64,000 bases of DNA from Myxococcota bacterium (GCA_965228475.1 OZ245817.1:4942158-5006157), one strand, 5' to 3'; shown: positions 30,588-41,143, counted from the stretch's first letter. Program-made: numbers and translations. The notes: generated from the sequence alone by a model not told the origin.

Positions 30588-31631
30588 TCAGAGGAACCGC
30601 GCGAGAAGCGCCCCGAGCAGCGCCTTGATCGCCCAGGTCGAAATGGGGATCAGCAGATAGGCGGCGAACCGGCGCCACCCTTCGTTGGCGATGGGCCATT
30701 CGCGCAGGCCCTCGATCGTTCGCTGGTAGCTGAGGAGTTCGGGGGTCGAGAGCCGGTCGGCCTCGGCCGCGAGCCGGGACGAAGCGAGGGCCGAACGATC
30801 CCCGCCGAGCGCCCGCACGACGCGCTTCACCTCGGCACGCTTGGCCTCGACGATCCGTTGCCGCACGCCCAGGGAGGGCAGCAGCAGCGCAGCGAGCGAC
30901 ATGCCGCCGATCACCAGCGTCGCGACCACGACGCCGCCGACGTGGATGTTCGTGCCGACGCCGAGCGCCAGGCCGAAGACCCCCAGCGGCACGAGGGAGG
31001 TGCGAACCCCGAAGCGGCCGAAGGGCGCGAGGGTTCCGAGCTCGAAGAGGTCGATGCGCGTCGAGTCGAGACCGATGCGGCGGAGTCCGCGCGCGAGCTG
31101 CAGCATCAGCAGGAGCGGCCCCGCGATGATGAGCATCGTGAGGAGCGAGATGCTCACGATGTAGAAATCGAGCGGCGTGGCCTCGGACCCGAAGATCGTC
31201 GAGATGCGGCCGACGTTCGCCTCCATGCCGACCACGGCCGCGAGCAGCAGGAAGCTCGTGAGCCCCGCGGTGTGGCGCAGCGGCAGGCGCTCGAGCTCTT
31301 CGAGTTCGGTCTCGCCCGTCGTGAGGTGGGGCCGGAGCTTCTGGAGGTCACCCCGGGCCATGCGCGCGCACCAGGCCACACCGATCGGTCCGAAGGAGAG
31401 CACCACGCCGAAGAACATCATCGGGCGAAGCTCGGCTTCGCCGAGGGCGACGGGGAAGCCGAGCCACCGGGAGACGGCGACCCAGGCCGCGAGCTGCAGA
31501 CCGAACACGAGGAAAGCCCCGGCGACGGCCGTGGAAATGGGGCCGAGCGGGGACCGCTCGAGCAGCCGGACGAACCACGGCGCCGAGGGCGGCGCCACGG
31601 CGAGCGCGTCTTCGAAAACGGGGTCGACCAT
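30588..31631 (-). CDS. Hypothetical polytopic membrane protein
   Basis: About 6-7 hydrophobic segments; IDLF..L.PFGR and EWP motifs; GC3-rich frame. Confidence 0.7.
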   Translation of the reverse strand: MVDPVFEDALAVAPPSAPWFVRLLERSPLGPISTAVAGAFLVFGLQLAAWVAVSRWLGFPVALGEAELRPMMFFGVVLSFGPIGVAWCARMARGDLQKLRPHLTTGETELEELERLPLRHTAGLTSFLLLAAVVGMEANVGRISTIFGSEATPLDFYIVSISLLTMLIIAGPLLLMLQLARGLRRIGLDSTRIDLFELGTLAPFGRFGVRTSLVPLGVFGLALGVGTNIHVGGVVVATLVIGGMSLAALLLPSLGVRQRIVEAKRAEVKRVVRALGGDRSALASSRLAAEADRLSTPELLSYQRTIEGLREWPIANEGWRRFAAYLLIPISTWAIKALLGALLARFL

Positions 31632-31646
31632 GGTGTCGTCGGCAGC

Positions 31647-32129
31647 CTACTTCCGGAGCCCGCGCTTCGCTTCGGGCCGGAGGTCGTGCTCCGCTGCGGG
31701 TACCGCAGACCGGGTCGCCGCCGGCTTCCGGACGGCTGCAGGGGCAGCGGCCGCGGGTTCGCCGCCGCCGCCCGTCCGGTACTGCCCGGCCACCGGGTTC
31801 TTGCCCGCGGGAGGCCTGCGGCCCGTCGTGCCGTCGCCGAAGCGGACCGGACCGGTGGCCGGGTCGAGTGCGGAGGCGCCGGGGTCGCTAGCCGCGGGGT
31901 TCGTCCACTCCGGGGTGTGGACGGGGATCCGGCCGGCGCCTTCCTCGACGAGTTCACCCCGGAGCGAGCCGTAGCTCCGGTCGTCGAGCACCGGCCGGTG
32001 GATGGCCCGGTTCTCGCCCTCGGTCCGGGTCCCGAGCTTCGATCCCGCAGTAGACTCCGCGGTCGAGGCCGGGGCATTTACGAGCAAGGCCACCCCGAGC
32101 AGGGCGGGCCAGGAGCGATGGGGTCGCAA
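31647..32129 (-). CDS. Small secreted protein carrying contractile-tail baseplate motifs
   Basis: TTG start with GGGGAG RBS; signal peptide; PVLDDRSY...RIPVHTPEWTN...SDPG and LDPATGPVRFGDG..GRRPPAG...YRTGGG. Confidence 0.65.
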   Translation of the reverse strand: MRPHRSWPALLGVALLVNAPASTAESTAGSKLGTRTEGENRAIHRPVLDDRSYGSLRGELVEEGAGRIPVHTPEWTNPAASDPGASALDPATGPVRFGDGTTGRRPPAGKNPVAGQYRTGGGGEPAAAAPAAVRKPAATRSAVPAAEHDLRPEAKRGLRK

Positions 32130-32137
32130 CGCTCCCC

Positions 32138-32641
32138 CTAGAGGCGCCGGGCGGCGCCGACGTCCTCGGCCGGGGCCCGCGGGTAGTCCGGGTAGACGTG
32201 GGTGCGGCTCCGGCGGACGCCGAGCTGCTCCATGGCCCCGAGGACGTCCCGGCGGCTCACCTGGCCGATCAGTGTGCCGTTTTCGACCACCGGCAGGCGG
32301 CGGACGGCGTGGGTCTGGAAGGTCTGGGCCAGGGCGTAGAGGTCGACGCCCGGCTCGATCGTCAGGCAGTCGCGGGACATGTAGTCGCCCACGTGGCCCT
32401 CTTCGCGGTGGTCGTCCGAGTAGAACTCGCCGGCGGAGAGGATCCGCAGGCAGTCGAGCTCCGAGAGCATCCCGGCCAGGCGGCCCTGGGCGTCCACCAC
32501 CGGGGCCCCGGAGATCTTGTTCTTCAGCAGCGTGCGGATCGCCGCGGAGATCTCCATCTCCTGGGTGAAGGTCACGAGCTTCCGGGACATGATGTCGCGG
32601 GCGGTGGGGACCTGATGGGCGATGCGGCTGACGTCTCGCAT
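32138..32641 (-). CDS. CBS domain pair protein
   Basis: ARDIMS, ISGAPVVD..GMLSELD, RRLPVV..GQVSRRD. Confidence 0.9.
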   Translation of the reverse strand: MRDVSRIAHQVPTARDIMSRKLVTFTQEMEISAAIRTLLKNKISGAPVVDAQGRLAGMLSELDCLRILSAGEFYSDDHREEGHVGDYMSRDCLTIEPGVDLYALAQTFQTHAVRRLPVVENGTLIGQVSRRDVLGAMEQLGVRRSRTHVYPDYPRAPAEDVGAARRL

Positions 32642-32835
32642 GGGTGCCTCCTGGCTTCGGGCCGGGGAGCCTTCGAGACACCTACCGGTGTCCGGGCCCG
32701 GCAGCTAACATCCTATCACTCGAAGCCGGCGGGCCCGGCTCGACGTCTGTCCCCTCGGGGAACACGATCTGACATCATCCTTTTCCCGGGCGGCGACCAT
32801 GGCCGCAGGCCCGTGTAATCGCTAGAGAAACGACC

Positions 32836-34215
32836 GTGACGGTTCACGAGATCTCCAAGGGCCTCGACCTCCCGATTCAGACCGAGCTGAAGCAGATCGT
32901 GCGATCGACGGTGTGGCCCAACCGGGTCGCCGTCATCGCCGACGACTTCCCCGGCATGAAGCCCGCGATGAAGGTCGAAGAGGGCCAGACCGTGAAGCGC
33001 GGTCAGGTGCTCTTCGAAGACCGGAAGTGTCCGGGCGTTCTGCACACCGCGCCGGGCGCCGGCCGCGTGATCGGCGTGCACCGCGGCGCGAAGCGCGTGC
33101 TCCAATCCGTGGCGATCGATCTGACGGACCGCGAGCGCGCCGGCGAGTTCGACGAAGAAGAAGCCGTCGCCTTCGGCACCTACACGGGCAAGTCTCCGGG
33201 CGAGCTCACGCGCGAGCAGATCGTGGCGCTGCTCGTCGAGTCCGGGCAGTGGACGGCGCTTCGCACGCGGCCCTTCAGCAAGACGCCGAGCCCTTCTTCG
33301 ACGCCCCACTCCATCTTCATCAACGCGATGGACACGAACCCGATGGCACCCGTGCCGGACGTGGTCATCGAGAAGCGCCGCGAGGACTTCGCCCGGGGCG
33401 TCGCGATCCTGACGCGCCTCACCGAAGGCAAGACCTACCTCTGCCTGGCGGCGGATTCCGAGGCCGACGCGGGCATCGACGCCCCGGTCACGGTCGAGCG
33501 CTTCCGGGGACCGCACCCGGCGGGCAACACCGGCCTCCACATCCATCTCGTCGACCCGGTCCACCGCGAAAAGACGGTCTGGACGATCGGTTACCCGGAC
33601 GTGATCGCGATCGGCCGGCTGTTCGCGACCGGCCAGCTCGACGTCGAGCGCATCGTCTCGATCGCGGGGCCGCCGGTTCCCGAGGAGCGCCTGGTCCGCA
33701 CGCGGCTCGGCGCCTCCACCGACGACCTCGCCGGCGGCGTCGACTACGGCGGCGAGGTCCGGCTGATCGCGGGTTCCGTGATCTCCGGGAAGAAGGCCAT
33801 GGGCGACGCCTTCGGCTACCTCGGCCGCCACGACCGCCAGGTCAGCGTGCTGCGGGAAGGCCGCGAGCGCGTCTTCATGGGCTGGCTCACGCCGGGCTGG
33901 GACGCCTTCTCGACCCTGCCGATCTACCTCTCGCGCCTCTTCCCGAGCCGCCGCTTCGACTTCACGACCAGCACGAACGGTTCCCGGCGCGTCATCATCG
34001 CCATCGGCGCCTTCGAGCGCGTCATGCCCTTCGACATCGAGCCCTCCTATCTGATTCGCGCCCTCGCCGTCGGCGACGTGGAAGAGGCGGAGAAGCTCGG
34101 CGCGCTCGAGCTCGACGAAGAAGACCTCGCCCTCTGCTCGTTCGTCTGCTCGAGCAAGAACGACTACGGCCCGATGCTGCGTCGCAACCTCGAGATCATC
34201 GAGAAGGAAGGCTGA
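32836..34215 (+). CDS. nqrA: Na+-translocating NADH:quinone reductase subunit A
   Basis: ISKGLDLPI, RTRPFS, GPHPAG, LELDEEDLALCSFVC. Confidence 0.95.
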   Translation: MTVHEISKGLDLPIQTELKQIVRSTVWPNRVAVIADDFPGMKPAMKVEEGQTVKRGQVLFEDRKCPGVLHTAPGAGRVIGVHRGAKRVLQSVAIDLTDRERAGEFDEEEAVAFGTYTGKSPGELTREQIVALLVESGQWTALRTRPFSKTPSPSSTPHSIFINAMDTNPMAPVPDVVIEKRREDFARGVAILTRLTEGKTYLCLAADSEADAGIDAPVTVERFRGPHPAGNTGLHIHLVDPVHREKTVWTIGYPDVIAIGRLFATGQLDVERIVSIAGPPVPEERLVRTRLGASTDDLAGGVDYGGEVRLIAGSVISGKKAMGDAFGYLGRHDRQVSVLREGRERVFMGWLTPGWDAFSTLPIYLSRLFPSRRFDFTTSTNGSRRVIIAIGAFERVMPFDIEPSYLIRALAVGDVEEAEKLGALELDEEDLALCSFVCSSKNDYGPMLRRNLEIIEKEG

Positions 34216-35435
34216 TGAAGTGGCTGCGTGACATTCACGACCAGGTCGACCCGCTCTTCGCCAAGGGCGGCAAGTTCGAGAAGGTCCACGCGCTCTGGGA
34301 AGCGCACGATACGGCCATGTTCACGCCGGGCGAGGTCACCCGGACCGCGCCCCACGTGCGTGACGGCCTCGACATGAAGCGGCTGATGATCACCGTCGTG
34401 GTCGCCCTTCAGCCGTGCCTGCTCTGGGCGCTCTACAACACGGGCTACCAGTCGCTGCTCGCCATCGAGAACGGTGCGCTCCCGCGCGACGACTGGCAGA
34501 TGGCGCTCTACCAGTTCCTCGGCCTGGCCTTCGACTCGGGCAACGTCGGGCTGTGCGCGATCTTCGGCGCCCTCTACTTCCTCCCCATCTACATCACCGG
34601 CATGCTGGTCGGGGCGGTGATCGAGTTCGGCAACGCGATCCTCCGCCACGAGGAGGTGAACGAAGGTTTCCTCGTCACCGGGATGCTGCTGCCCCTGACG
34701 CTTCCCCCGACGATTCCGCTCTGGATGGTCGGCCTCGGCATGGCCTTCGGTCTGATCTTCGGCAAGGAGGTCTTCGGCGGTACGGGCATGAACTTCCTGA
34801 ACCCGGCGCTCACCGCGCGGGTCTTCCTGTTCTTCGCCTACCCCGCCTACATGAGCGGCGACGCGCCCTGGATCGCCGCAGACCTGACCACCACGGTCGA
34901 CTCCTACACCGGCGCCACCTGGCTCGCCCAGGCCGCCGTGGTGCCCAACGTCCTCCAGGACGCGAGCTGGAGCGACGCCTTCTTCGGCTTCGTCCCGGGC
35001 TCGATGGGGGAGACGTCGGCCTTCGCCTGCCTATTAGGGTTGGTGATCCTACTCGTCATGCGGATCGCGGCCTGGCAGACCGTCGCAGGCGTGACGCTCG
35101 GGACGATCGTGCTCGCGGCCTTCTTGAACACCGTGGGCTCGAGCACGAACCCGCTGTTCGAGGTGCCGTTCTGGTGGCACATGGTGCTCGGGGGCTGGGC
35201 CTTCGGGATGGTCTTCATGGCGACCGACCCGGTTTCCTCGGCCTACACCAACGTCGGGAAGTTCTGGTACGGAGTCGGGATCGGCGTGCTCGCCATCTTG
35301 GTGCGCGTGGTGAACCCCGCGTACCCGGAGGGCATGATGCTCGCCATCCTCTTCATGAACATGTTCGCGCCGCTGATCGACCACTTCGTGCTGCGCGGCA
35401 ACATCGAGCGGAGGCTCGCGCGGAATGCAGCATAG
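34215..35435 (+). CDS. nqrB: Na+-NQR subunit B
   Basis: HVRDGLDMKR, KEVFGGTG.NFLNPAL, TGAT FMN site, MATDPVS, YPEGMMLAIL. Confidence 0.95.
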   Translation: MKWLRDIHDQVDPLFAKGGKFEKVHALWEAHDTAMFTPGEVTRTAPHVRDGLDMKRLMITVVVALQPCLLWALYNTGYQSLLAIENGALPRDDWQMALYQFLGLAFDSGNVGLCAIFGALYFLPIYITGMLVGAVIEFGNAILRHEEVNEGFLVTGMLLPLTLPPTIPLWMVGLGMAFGLIFGKEVFGGTGMNFLNPALTARVFLFFAYPAYMSGDAPWIAADLTTTVDSYTGATWLAQAAVVPNVLQDASWSDAFFGFVPGSMGETSAFACLLGLVILLVMRIAAWQTVAGVTLGTIVLAAFLNTVGSSTNPLFEVPFWWHMVLGGWAFGMVFMATDPVSSAYTNVGKFWYGVGIGVLAILVRVVNPAYPEGMMLAILFMNMFAPLIDHFVLRGNIERRLARNAA

Positions 35436-36204
35436 TAGTCGCTACATCGTGCTCTTCGCCCTCGCCGTCTGCGGCGTGTGCTCGGTCTTCGTGGCGAGCG
35501 CCGCGGTCTCCCTGAAGGACCGCCAGATCGAGAACCAGCGCCTCGACGTCCAGAAGAAGGTGCTGGGCGTGGCCGGGCTCATGAAGCCCGGCGAGAGCCT
35601 CGAGCGCGAAGAGATCACCCGGCTCTTCTCGGAGCGCGTCGAAGCCCGCGTCGTGGATCTCGAGAGCGGCTCCTATGCGGAATCCATCGCGGCGGACGAT
35701 TTCGACCAGCGCGTCGCGAGCAAGGACCCGGAGCGCAGCCGCCCGGCGCCCCCGAACGGCGCGAAGGTCCTGCGCGTCCCGCATCACGGGAAGGTCTTCG
35801 AGGTCAAGGAAGGCGGGGACGTCGTCTCCCTGATCCTGCCCATCGAAGGCAAGGGCCTCTGGTCCACGCTCTACGGCTTCATCGCGCTCTCGGCGGACAC
35901 GCGCACCATCCTGGGGATCACCTTCTACGAGCACGGCGAGACGCCGGGGCTCGGCGGCGAGGTCGACAACCCGCGCTGGAAGGCGCTCTGGGAGGGCCGG
36001 AAGGCCTTCGACGCCCAGTGGGAGCCGAAGATCGCCGTCAAGAAGGGCGCGGCCGGGCCGGTCGAGAGCGACCCGTATCAGGTCGACGGCCTCTCCGGCG
36101 CCACGGTCACCAGCCGCGGCGTGACGTATCTCGTGCGCTTCTGGCTCGGCGAGGACGGGTTCGGCCCGTTCCTGGCACAGCACCGCTCCTCGAGGGGAAT
36201 CTGA
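35425..36204 (+). CDS. nqrC: Na+-NQR subunit C
   Basis: [31 protein letters not shown] site. Confidence 0.95.
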   Translation: MQHSSRYIVLFALAVCGVCSVFVASAAVSLKDRQIENQRLDVQKKVLGVAGLMKPGESLEREEITRLFSERVEARVVDLESGSYAESIAADDFDQRVASKDPERSRPAPPNGAKVLRVPHHGKVFEVKEGGDVVSLILPIEGKGLWSTLYGFIALSADTRTILGITFYEHGETPGLGGEVDNPRWKALWEGRKAFDAQWEPKIAVKKGAAGPVESDPYQVDGLSGATVTSRGVTYLVRFWLGEDGFGPFLAQHRSSRGI

Positions 36205-36205
36205 G

Positions 36206-36874
36206 ATGTCGAAAGAACGCGAGGCGCTGCTCGACCCGCTCTTCAACAACAACCCGATCGCGCTGCAGGTGCTGGGCATCTGCTCGGCGCTCGCCGTCAC
36301 GACCCAGCTCAAGCCCTCGGTCGTGATGTCGGTGGCCGTGATCGCAGTGCTCGTGGCTTCGAACGTCGCGGTGAGCCTGATCCGGAACTACATCCCGGCG
36401 AGCATCCGCATCATCGTGCAGCTCACGATCATCGCCTCGCTCGTGATCATCACGGACCAGGTGCTGAAGGCCTTCGTCTACGACGTCAGCAAGCAGCTCT
36501 CGGTCTTCGTCGGCCTGATCATCACGAACTGCATCGTGATGGGGCGCGCCGAGGCGTTCGCCATGCAGAACGGGCCGAAGCTCTCGATGATCGACGGCAT
36601 CGGCAACGGCCTCGGCTACGGGCTGATCCTCGTGGTCGTGGGTTTCCTCCGCGAGCTCTTCGGCTCGGGGAAGGTTTGGGGATACACGGTGCTCAAGCCC
36701 GTGACCGAAGGCGGCTGGTACGAGCCGAACGGTCTCATGGTCTTGGCCCCGGCAGCATTCTTCCTGATCGGTGGCTTCATCTGGGTCGTCCGCAGCTGGA
36801 AGACCGAGCAGGTGGAGGAGGACTTCCATGTTGGAGCACTATTTGAGCCTGGCCACGAAGGCAATCTTCGTTGA
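36206..36874 (+). CDS. nqrD: Na+-NQR subunit D
   Basis: [24 protein letters not shown]. Confidence 0.95.
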   Translation: MSKEREALLDPLFNNNPIALQVLGICSALAVTTQLKPSVVMSVAVIAVLVASNVAVSLIRNYIPASIRIIVQLTIIASLVIITDQVLKAFVYDVSKQLSVFVGLIITNCIVMGRAEAFAMQNGPKLSMIDGIGNGLGYGLILVVVGFLRELFGSGKVWGYTVLKPVTEGGWYEPNGLMVLAPAAFFLIGGFIWVVRSWKTEQVEEDFHVGALFEPGHEGNLR

Positions 36875-37439
36875 GAACATGGCTCTGGCCTTCTTCCTGG
36901 GGATGTGCTCCTTCCTAGCCGTCTCCAAGAAGGTCGAAACAGCAATCGGGCTCGGGTTCGCCGTCATCTTCGTGTTGGCGGTGACGACGCCGTTGAACCA
37001 GGTCCTGACCGAGACCTTGATCTCGCCCGGCGCGCTGGCGTGGGCCGGCCTGCCGGACCTCGACCTCTCCTTCCTCTCGTTCCTGACCCTGATCGGCACG
37101 ATCGCGGCGACGGTGCAGATCGTCGAGATGGCCCTCGACCGCTACTCGCCCGCCCTCTACAACGCGCTCGGCGTGTTCCTCCCGCTGATCGCGGTGAACT
37201 GCGCGATCCTCGGCGCCTCGCTCTTCATGGTCGAGCGCGACTACACGCTCGGCGAGGCGACGGTCTTCGGCCTGGGCTCCGGCATCGGCTGGGCGCTCGC
37301 CATCGTGGCCCTGGCCGCCGTCCGCGAGCGCCTCAAGTACAGCAACGTGCCCGAGCCCCTGCGCGGCCTCGGCGTGACCTTCATCGTCGTGGGCCTCATG
37401 TCCCTCGGCTTCATGGCCTTCTCCGGCATCCAGCTCTAG
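36828..37439 (+). CDS. nqrE: Na+-NQR subunit E
   Basis: ATG after [36 protein letters not shown]. Confidence 0.95.
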   Translation: MLEHYLSLATKAIFVENMALAFFLGMCSFLAVSKKVETAIGLGFAVIFVLAVTTPLNQVLTETLISPGALAWAGLPDLDLSFLSFLTLIGTIAATVQIVEMALDRYSPALYNALGVFLPLIAVNCAILGASLFMVERDYTLGEATVFGLGSGIGWALAIVALAAVRERLKYSNVPEPLRGLGVTFIVVGLMSLGFMAFSGIQL

Positions 37440-37451
37440 GCGGGTCTTCTC

Positions 37452-38675
37452 GTGGAAACGATCCTCTTCGGCGTCCTTGGCTTCACGGTGGTGATCGTGG
37501 CGCTCGTGCTCGTGTTGATGGTAGCGAGGGCCCGGCTGGTCCCGAGCGGCGAAGTCACGATCAGCGTCAACGACGACCCCGATGCCGCCATCACCTGCGC
37601 GAGCGGCAGCACGCTCCTGAACACCCTCGCGGCCGAGAAGATCTTCATCCCCTCGGCCTGCGGCGGGAAGGGGAGCTGCGGCGTCTGCACCGTCACCGTG
37701 AAGGAAGGCGGCGGCGCCATCCTGCCGACCGAGACCAGCCACATCTCCCGGGGTGAGGCACGCGAGGGCGTCCGGCTCTCCTGCCAGGTCAAGGTCAAGA
37801 GCGACATGAAGATCGAGATCCCGTCCGACGTGCTCTCGGTCCGCAAGTGGACGTGCAAGGTCCGCAGCAACCACAACGTCGCGACCTTCATCAAGGAGCT
37901 GATCCTCGAGCTCCCGCCCGGCGAAGACGTGCCCTTCCGCGCCGGCGGCTACATCCAGATCGAGTGCCCGCCCCACGAGGTGGCGTACAAGGACTTCGAC
38001 GTCGAGGAAGAGTACCGCGAGGATTGGGACCGCTTCGACCAGTGGCGCTACGTCTCGAAGGTCACCGAAGAAGAGCAGCGCGCCTACTCGATGGCGAACT
38101 ACCCGGAAGAGCACGGCATCATCATGCTGAACGTGCGCATCGCCTCGCCGCCGCCGCGCACGCCGGACGTGCCGCCGGGCATCATGTCCTCCTACATCTT
38201 CAACCTGAAGCCGGGCGACGAGGTCGTGATCTCGGGCCCCTTCGGCGAGTTCTTCGCGACCGAGAACGACACGGAGATGATCTTCATCGGCGGCGGTGCC
38301 GGCATGGCGCCCATGCGCTCGCACATCTTCGACCAGTTCCGCCGCATCCACACGGACCGCAAGGTGAGCTTCTGGTACGGCGCGCGGAGTCTGCGCGAGG
38401 CGTTCTACGTCGACGATTTCAACACGATCGCGGCGGAGAACGACAACTTCGAGTGGCACCTCGCGCTCTCGGAGCCCCAGGAAGAGGACAAGTGGACGGG
38501 CCTCACGGGTTTCATCCACCAGGTGCTCTACGACAACTACCTGAAGGACCATCCGGCCCCCGAGGATTGCGAGTACTACATCTGCGGGCCGCCGATGATG
38601 AACGACGCCGTGTTCAAGATGCTCGAAGACCTCGGCGTCGAGCCCGAGAACATCCGCTTCGATGACTTCGGCTGA
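37452..38675 (+). CDS. nqrF: Na+-NQR subunit F
   Basis: [12 protein letters not shown]...RLSCQ [2Fe-2S]; [24 protein letters not shown]. Confidence 0.96.
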   Translation: METILFGVLGFTVVIVALVLVLMVARARLVPSGEVTISVNDDPDAAITCASGSTLLNTLAAEKIFIPSACGGKGSCGVCTVTVKEGGGAILPTETSHISRGEAREGVRLSCQVKVKSDMKIEIPSDVLSVRKWTCKVRSNHNVATFIKELILELPPGEDVPFRAGGYIQIECPPHEVAYKDFDVEEEYREDWDRFDQWRYVSKVTEEEQRAYSMANYPEEHGIIMLNVRIASPPPRTPDVPPGIMSSYIFNLKPGDEVVISGPFGEFFATENDTEMIFIGGGAGMAPMRSHIFDQFRRIHTDRKVSFWYGARSLREAFYVDDFNTIAAENDNFEWHLALSEPQEEDKWTGLTGFIHQVLYDNYLKDHPAPEDCEYYICGPPMMNDAVFKMLEDLGVEPENIRFDDFG

Positions 38676-38706
38676 TCGCCTCGGCGACGACCTCGGTTGA
38701 TCTCGA

Positions 38707-39768
38707 ATGGCCCAGCCGGGAGCGCTCACCCGCCGCGCGCGGTTCGCTCTGCCCATCCTGATCCTGCTCCTGGTGCTCTTCTCGTGGCACCGGCTGCGCC
38801 AGCCGGCGCCGCCCGGGGAGCGCCCGTTCGTGGCGCTCTCGGGCCAGACGATGGGCACCACGTGGAGCGTGAAGCTTGCCACGGCCGAGTTCTCGCCCGC
38901 CGACGCGCGCGCCGCGAAGGCGGCGATCACCGGCCGGCTCGATCGCGTGAACGCGCTCATGTCGACCTGGCGGGAGGATTCGGAGCTCTCGCGCCTGAAC
39001 CGGCATGCGGCGGCGACGCCGTTCCCGCTCTCCTCCCAGACCGTCCGCGTACTCGAGATCTCGCGGGAGGTGAGCGAGGCAACGTCTGGGGCGTTCGACG
39101 TCACCGTCGGCCCGCTCGTGCGCGCCTGGGGCTTCGGTGCCGGGGCTGCGCTGACCCCGCCGGCCGCGGGCGAGCTCGAAGCGCTTCGGGAGCGGGTCGG
39201 GTTCCGGAAGCTCACGCTCGAGCCGGCCGCAGCGCGCAAGCTTCACTCCGATCTCACCGTCGACCTCTCCGCCGTCGCCAAGGGCTACGGCGTCGACCAG
39301 ATCGCCGAGGCCCTCAGCGGACTCGGCCACGAGAACTTCCTCGCCGAGATCGGCGGCGAGCTGCGCGCGCGCGGCGGCCACCTCGACGGCTCGTCCTTCC
39401 GCGTCGCCATCGAAGAGCCGCGCGAGGAGGGCCGGGCCATCCACCGCGTCGTCGCCCTGCGCGATGCCGCGATGGCCACCTCCGGCGACTACCGCAACGT
39501 CTACGAGCTCGAGGGCCGCCGCGTCGCCCACATCATCGACCCGCGCACGGGCCGCCCGGCCGAGCACGGCCTGGCCTCGGTGAGCGTCGTCCACGAGGAG
39601 GCCGCCTGGGCGGATGCCTGGGCCACCGCCCTCCAGGTGCTCGGCCCGCAGGAGGGCCTCGCCACGGCCACCGAGCGCGGTCTCGCCGCCTACTTCATCG
39701 AGCGCAGCCCGGACGGCCGCTTCACCACCGCCATGACCCCCGCCTTCGAGCCCTGGCTCGCGCGATGA
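38707..39768 (+). CDS. apbE: FAD:protein FMN transferase ApbE
   Basis: TMGT, FDVTVGPL, DLSAVAKGY, ATSGDYRN, HIIDPRTG, ADAWATAL. Confidence 0.93.
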   Translation: MAQPGALTRRARFALPILILLLVLFSWHRLRQPAPPGERPFVALSGQTMGTTWSVKLATAEFSPADARAAKAAITGRLDRVNALMSTWREDSELSRLNRHAAATPFPLSSQTVRVLEISREVSEATSGAFDVTVGPLVRAWGFGAGAALTPPAAGELEALRERVGFRKLTLEPAAARKLHSDLTVDLSAVAKGYGVDQIAEALSGLGHENFLAEIGGELRARGGHLDGSSFRVAIEEPREEGRAIHRVVALRDAAMATSGDYRNVYELEGRRVAHIIDPRTGRPAEHGLASVSVVHEEAAWADAWATALQVLGPQEGLATATERGLAAYFIERSPDGRFTTAMTPAFEPWLAR

Positions 39769-39800
39769 CGCACCCGGAGCGGACGAGCTAGACTCCCCCC

Positions 39801-39980
39801 ATGGCGACCTTCATCGGCACCCTCTTCGTCTTCGCGCTGGTCGCCGGGGCCATGGCGCTCGGCGTGATGGTCACCGGCCGCGCGCTCCAGGGCTCCTGCG
39901 GCGGCACCGGCAAGGCCTGCACCTGCACCCGCGCCGAACGCCGCTCCTGCGAGCTCGCCAAGGCCACGCGCAAGAGCTGA
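39801..39980 (+). CDS. nqrM: Na+-NQR maturation factor NqrM (59 aa, absent from the ORF track)
   Basis: MATFIGTLFVFALVAGAMALGVMVTGRALQGSCGGTGKACTC..C: TM helix, GSCGG and further Cys, directly after apbE. Confidence 0.85.
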   Translation: MATFIGTLFVFALVAGAMALGVMVTGRALQGSCGGTGKACTCTRAERRSCELAKATRKS

Positions 39981-40570
39981 TGAAGGACCGCCCGGCCGTC
40001 CGCGCCACGGACGCCTCCGAAGCCGATCGCATCACCGCCGTTCTCGCCCTGGCCTTCGCGGGGGATCCCGGCATCCGCGCCACCTACCCGGAGCCCGAAC
40101 GCTTCCTCGCCCGGTTCCCGGCGTTCGTCGCGGCCTACGGGGGGAGCGCCTACGAGCACGGCACGGCCCTCGTCGCCGGCGATTTCCTGGGAGCTGCGCT
40201 TTGGCTCCCACCCGGGGTCGAGCAGGACGCGAAGGCCCTGGCCGAAGCCGTGATCGACGGCGCCCCGCAGGCGATGCTCGACGGTGGCTTCGAGGTGATG
40301 GGCCGGGCGGCCGCCTTCCATCCGAAGGAGCCACACTGGTATCTCGCCATGCTCGGGGTCGATCCGCGCCACCAGGGCTGCGGTGCCGGGTCCGCGCTCC
40401 TGGCTGCGCAGCTCGAGCGTATCGACGCGGAGGGCCTCCCGGTCTTTATCGAGACGACCGGCCGCCAGAACCTGCCGCTCTACGAGCGCTTCGGGTTCGA
40501 GATCCTGGACGAGTTCCAGGCGCCCGACGGCACCTGGTCCGTCTGGCCGATGCTCCGCCCGGCGCGCTAG
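39980..40570 (+). CDS. GNAT N-acetyltransferase (puromycin acetyltransferase-like)
   Basis: AALWLPPG, PHWYLAMLGVDP..QGCGAG, NLPLYERFGF. Confidence 0.88.
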   Translation: MKDRPAVRATDASEADRITAVLALAFAGDPGIRATYPEPERFLARFPAFVAAYGGSAYEHGTALVAGDFLGAALWLPPGVEQDAKALAEAVIDGAPQAMLDGGFEVMGRAAAFHPKEPHWYLAMLGVDPRHQGCGAGSALLAAQLERIDAEGLPVFIETTGRQNLPLYERFGFEILDEFQAPDGTWSVWPMLRPAR

Positions 40571-41055
40571 CGCTCCCGCAGGTACGTGTTCGAGAGCGCG
40601 TCGGCGTACTCGTTCCAGCGGCTGCCGTCGTGGGCGCGGATCCAGGCGAGGGTGACGTTCGGGTGGGCGAGGTGGAGGGCGTAGAGCTCCTTCACCAGGT
40701 CGAGGTTCGCGATCGGGCCGCTCTTGCGCTTCCAGCCGCGCCGGGCCCAGCCGGGCGCCCACTCGTTGACGGTGTTCACGCAGAGCTGGCTGTCGGAGTA
40801 GATGGTGACGTCGGCGTCTTCGGGCAGGAGCTTGTAGGCCTCGATGAGGGCCGTCGCCTCCATGCGGTTGTTCGTGGTGTCCGGGTCCGCGCCGTGGGCC
40901 TCTTCGACGATCTCGTCGTCGCGCACCCAGACGAGGCCCCAGCCACCGGGCCCCGGGTTCCCCTCGCAGGAGCCGTCGGTGAAGACGCCCGTCTTCGGGC
41001 CGTCGGTGTAGCGGCGCAGCACCTGCGCCGGTGAAAGCAGATCGCCCCGAGCCAT
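40567..41055 (-). CDS. rnhA: Ribonuclease HI
   Basis: FTDGSCEGNPGPGGWG, TTNNRME, SDSQ, WIRAH, NEYADAL. Confidence 0.93.
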   Translation of the reverse strand: MARGDLLSPAQVLRRYTDGPKTGVFTDGSCEGNPGPGGWGLVWVRDDEIVEEAHGADPDTTNNRMEATALIEAYKLLPEDADVTIYSDSQLCVNTVNEWAPGWARRGWKRKSGPIANLDLVKELYALHLAHPNVTLAWIRAHDGSRWNEYADALSNTYLRER

Positions 41056-41143
41056 TGGGCCCTCTCCCCCTTCGTTCAGATCCGGACCGGGGGATACACC
41101 ACGTCGGGGCGTCGCACCATGGCGGCCTCGCCGCGGCGCCGCG

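Noticed and set aside
31647..32129. Prophage or intact eCIS locus
   Set aside because: No sheath, tube, spike, integrase or other phage genes in the window; only the isolated motifs are present
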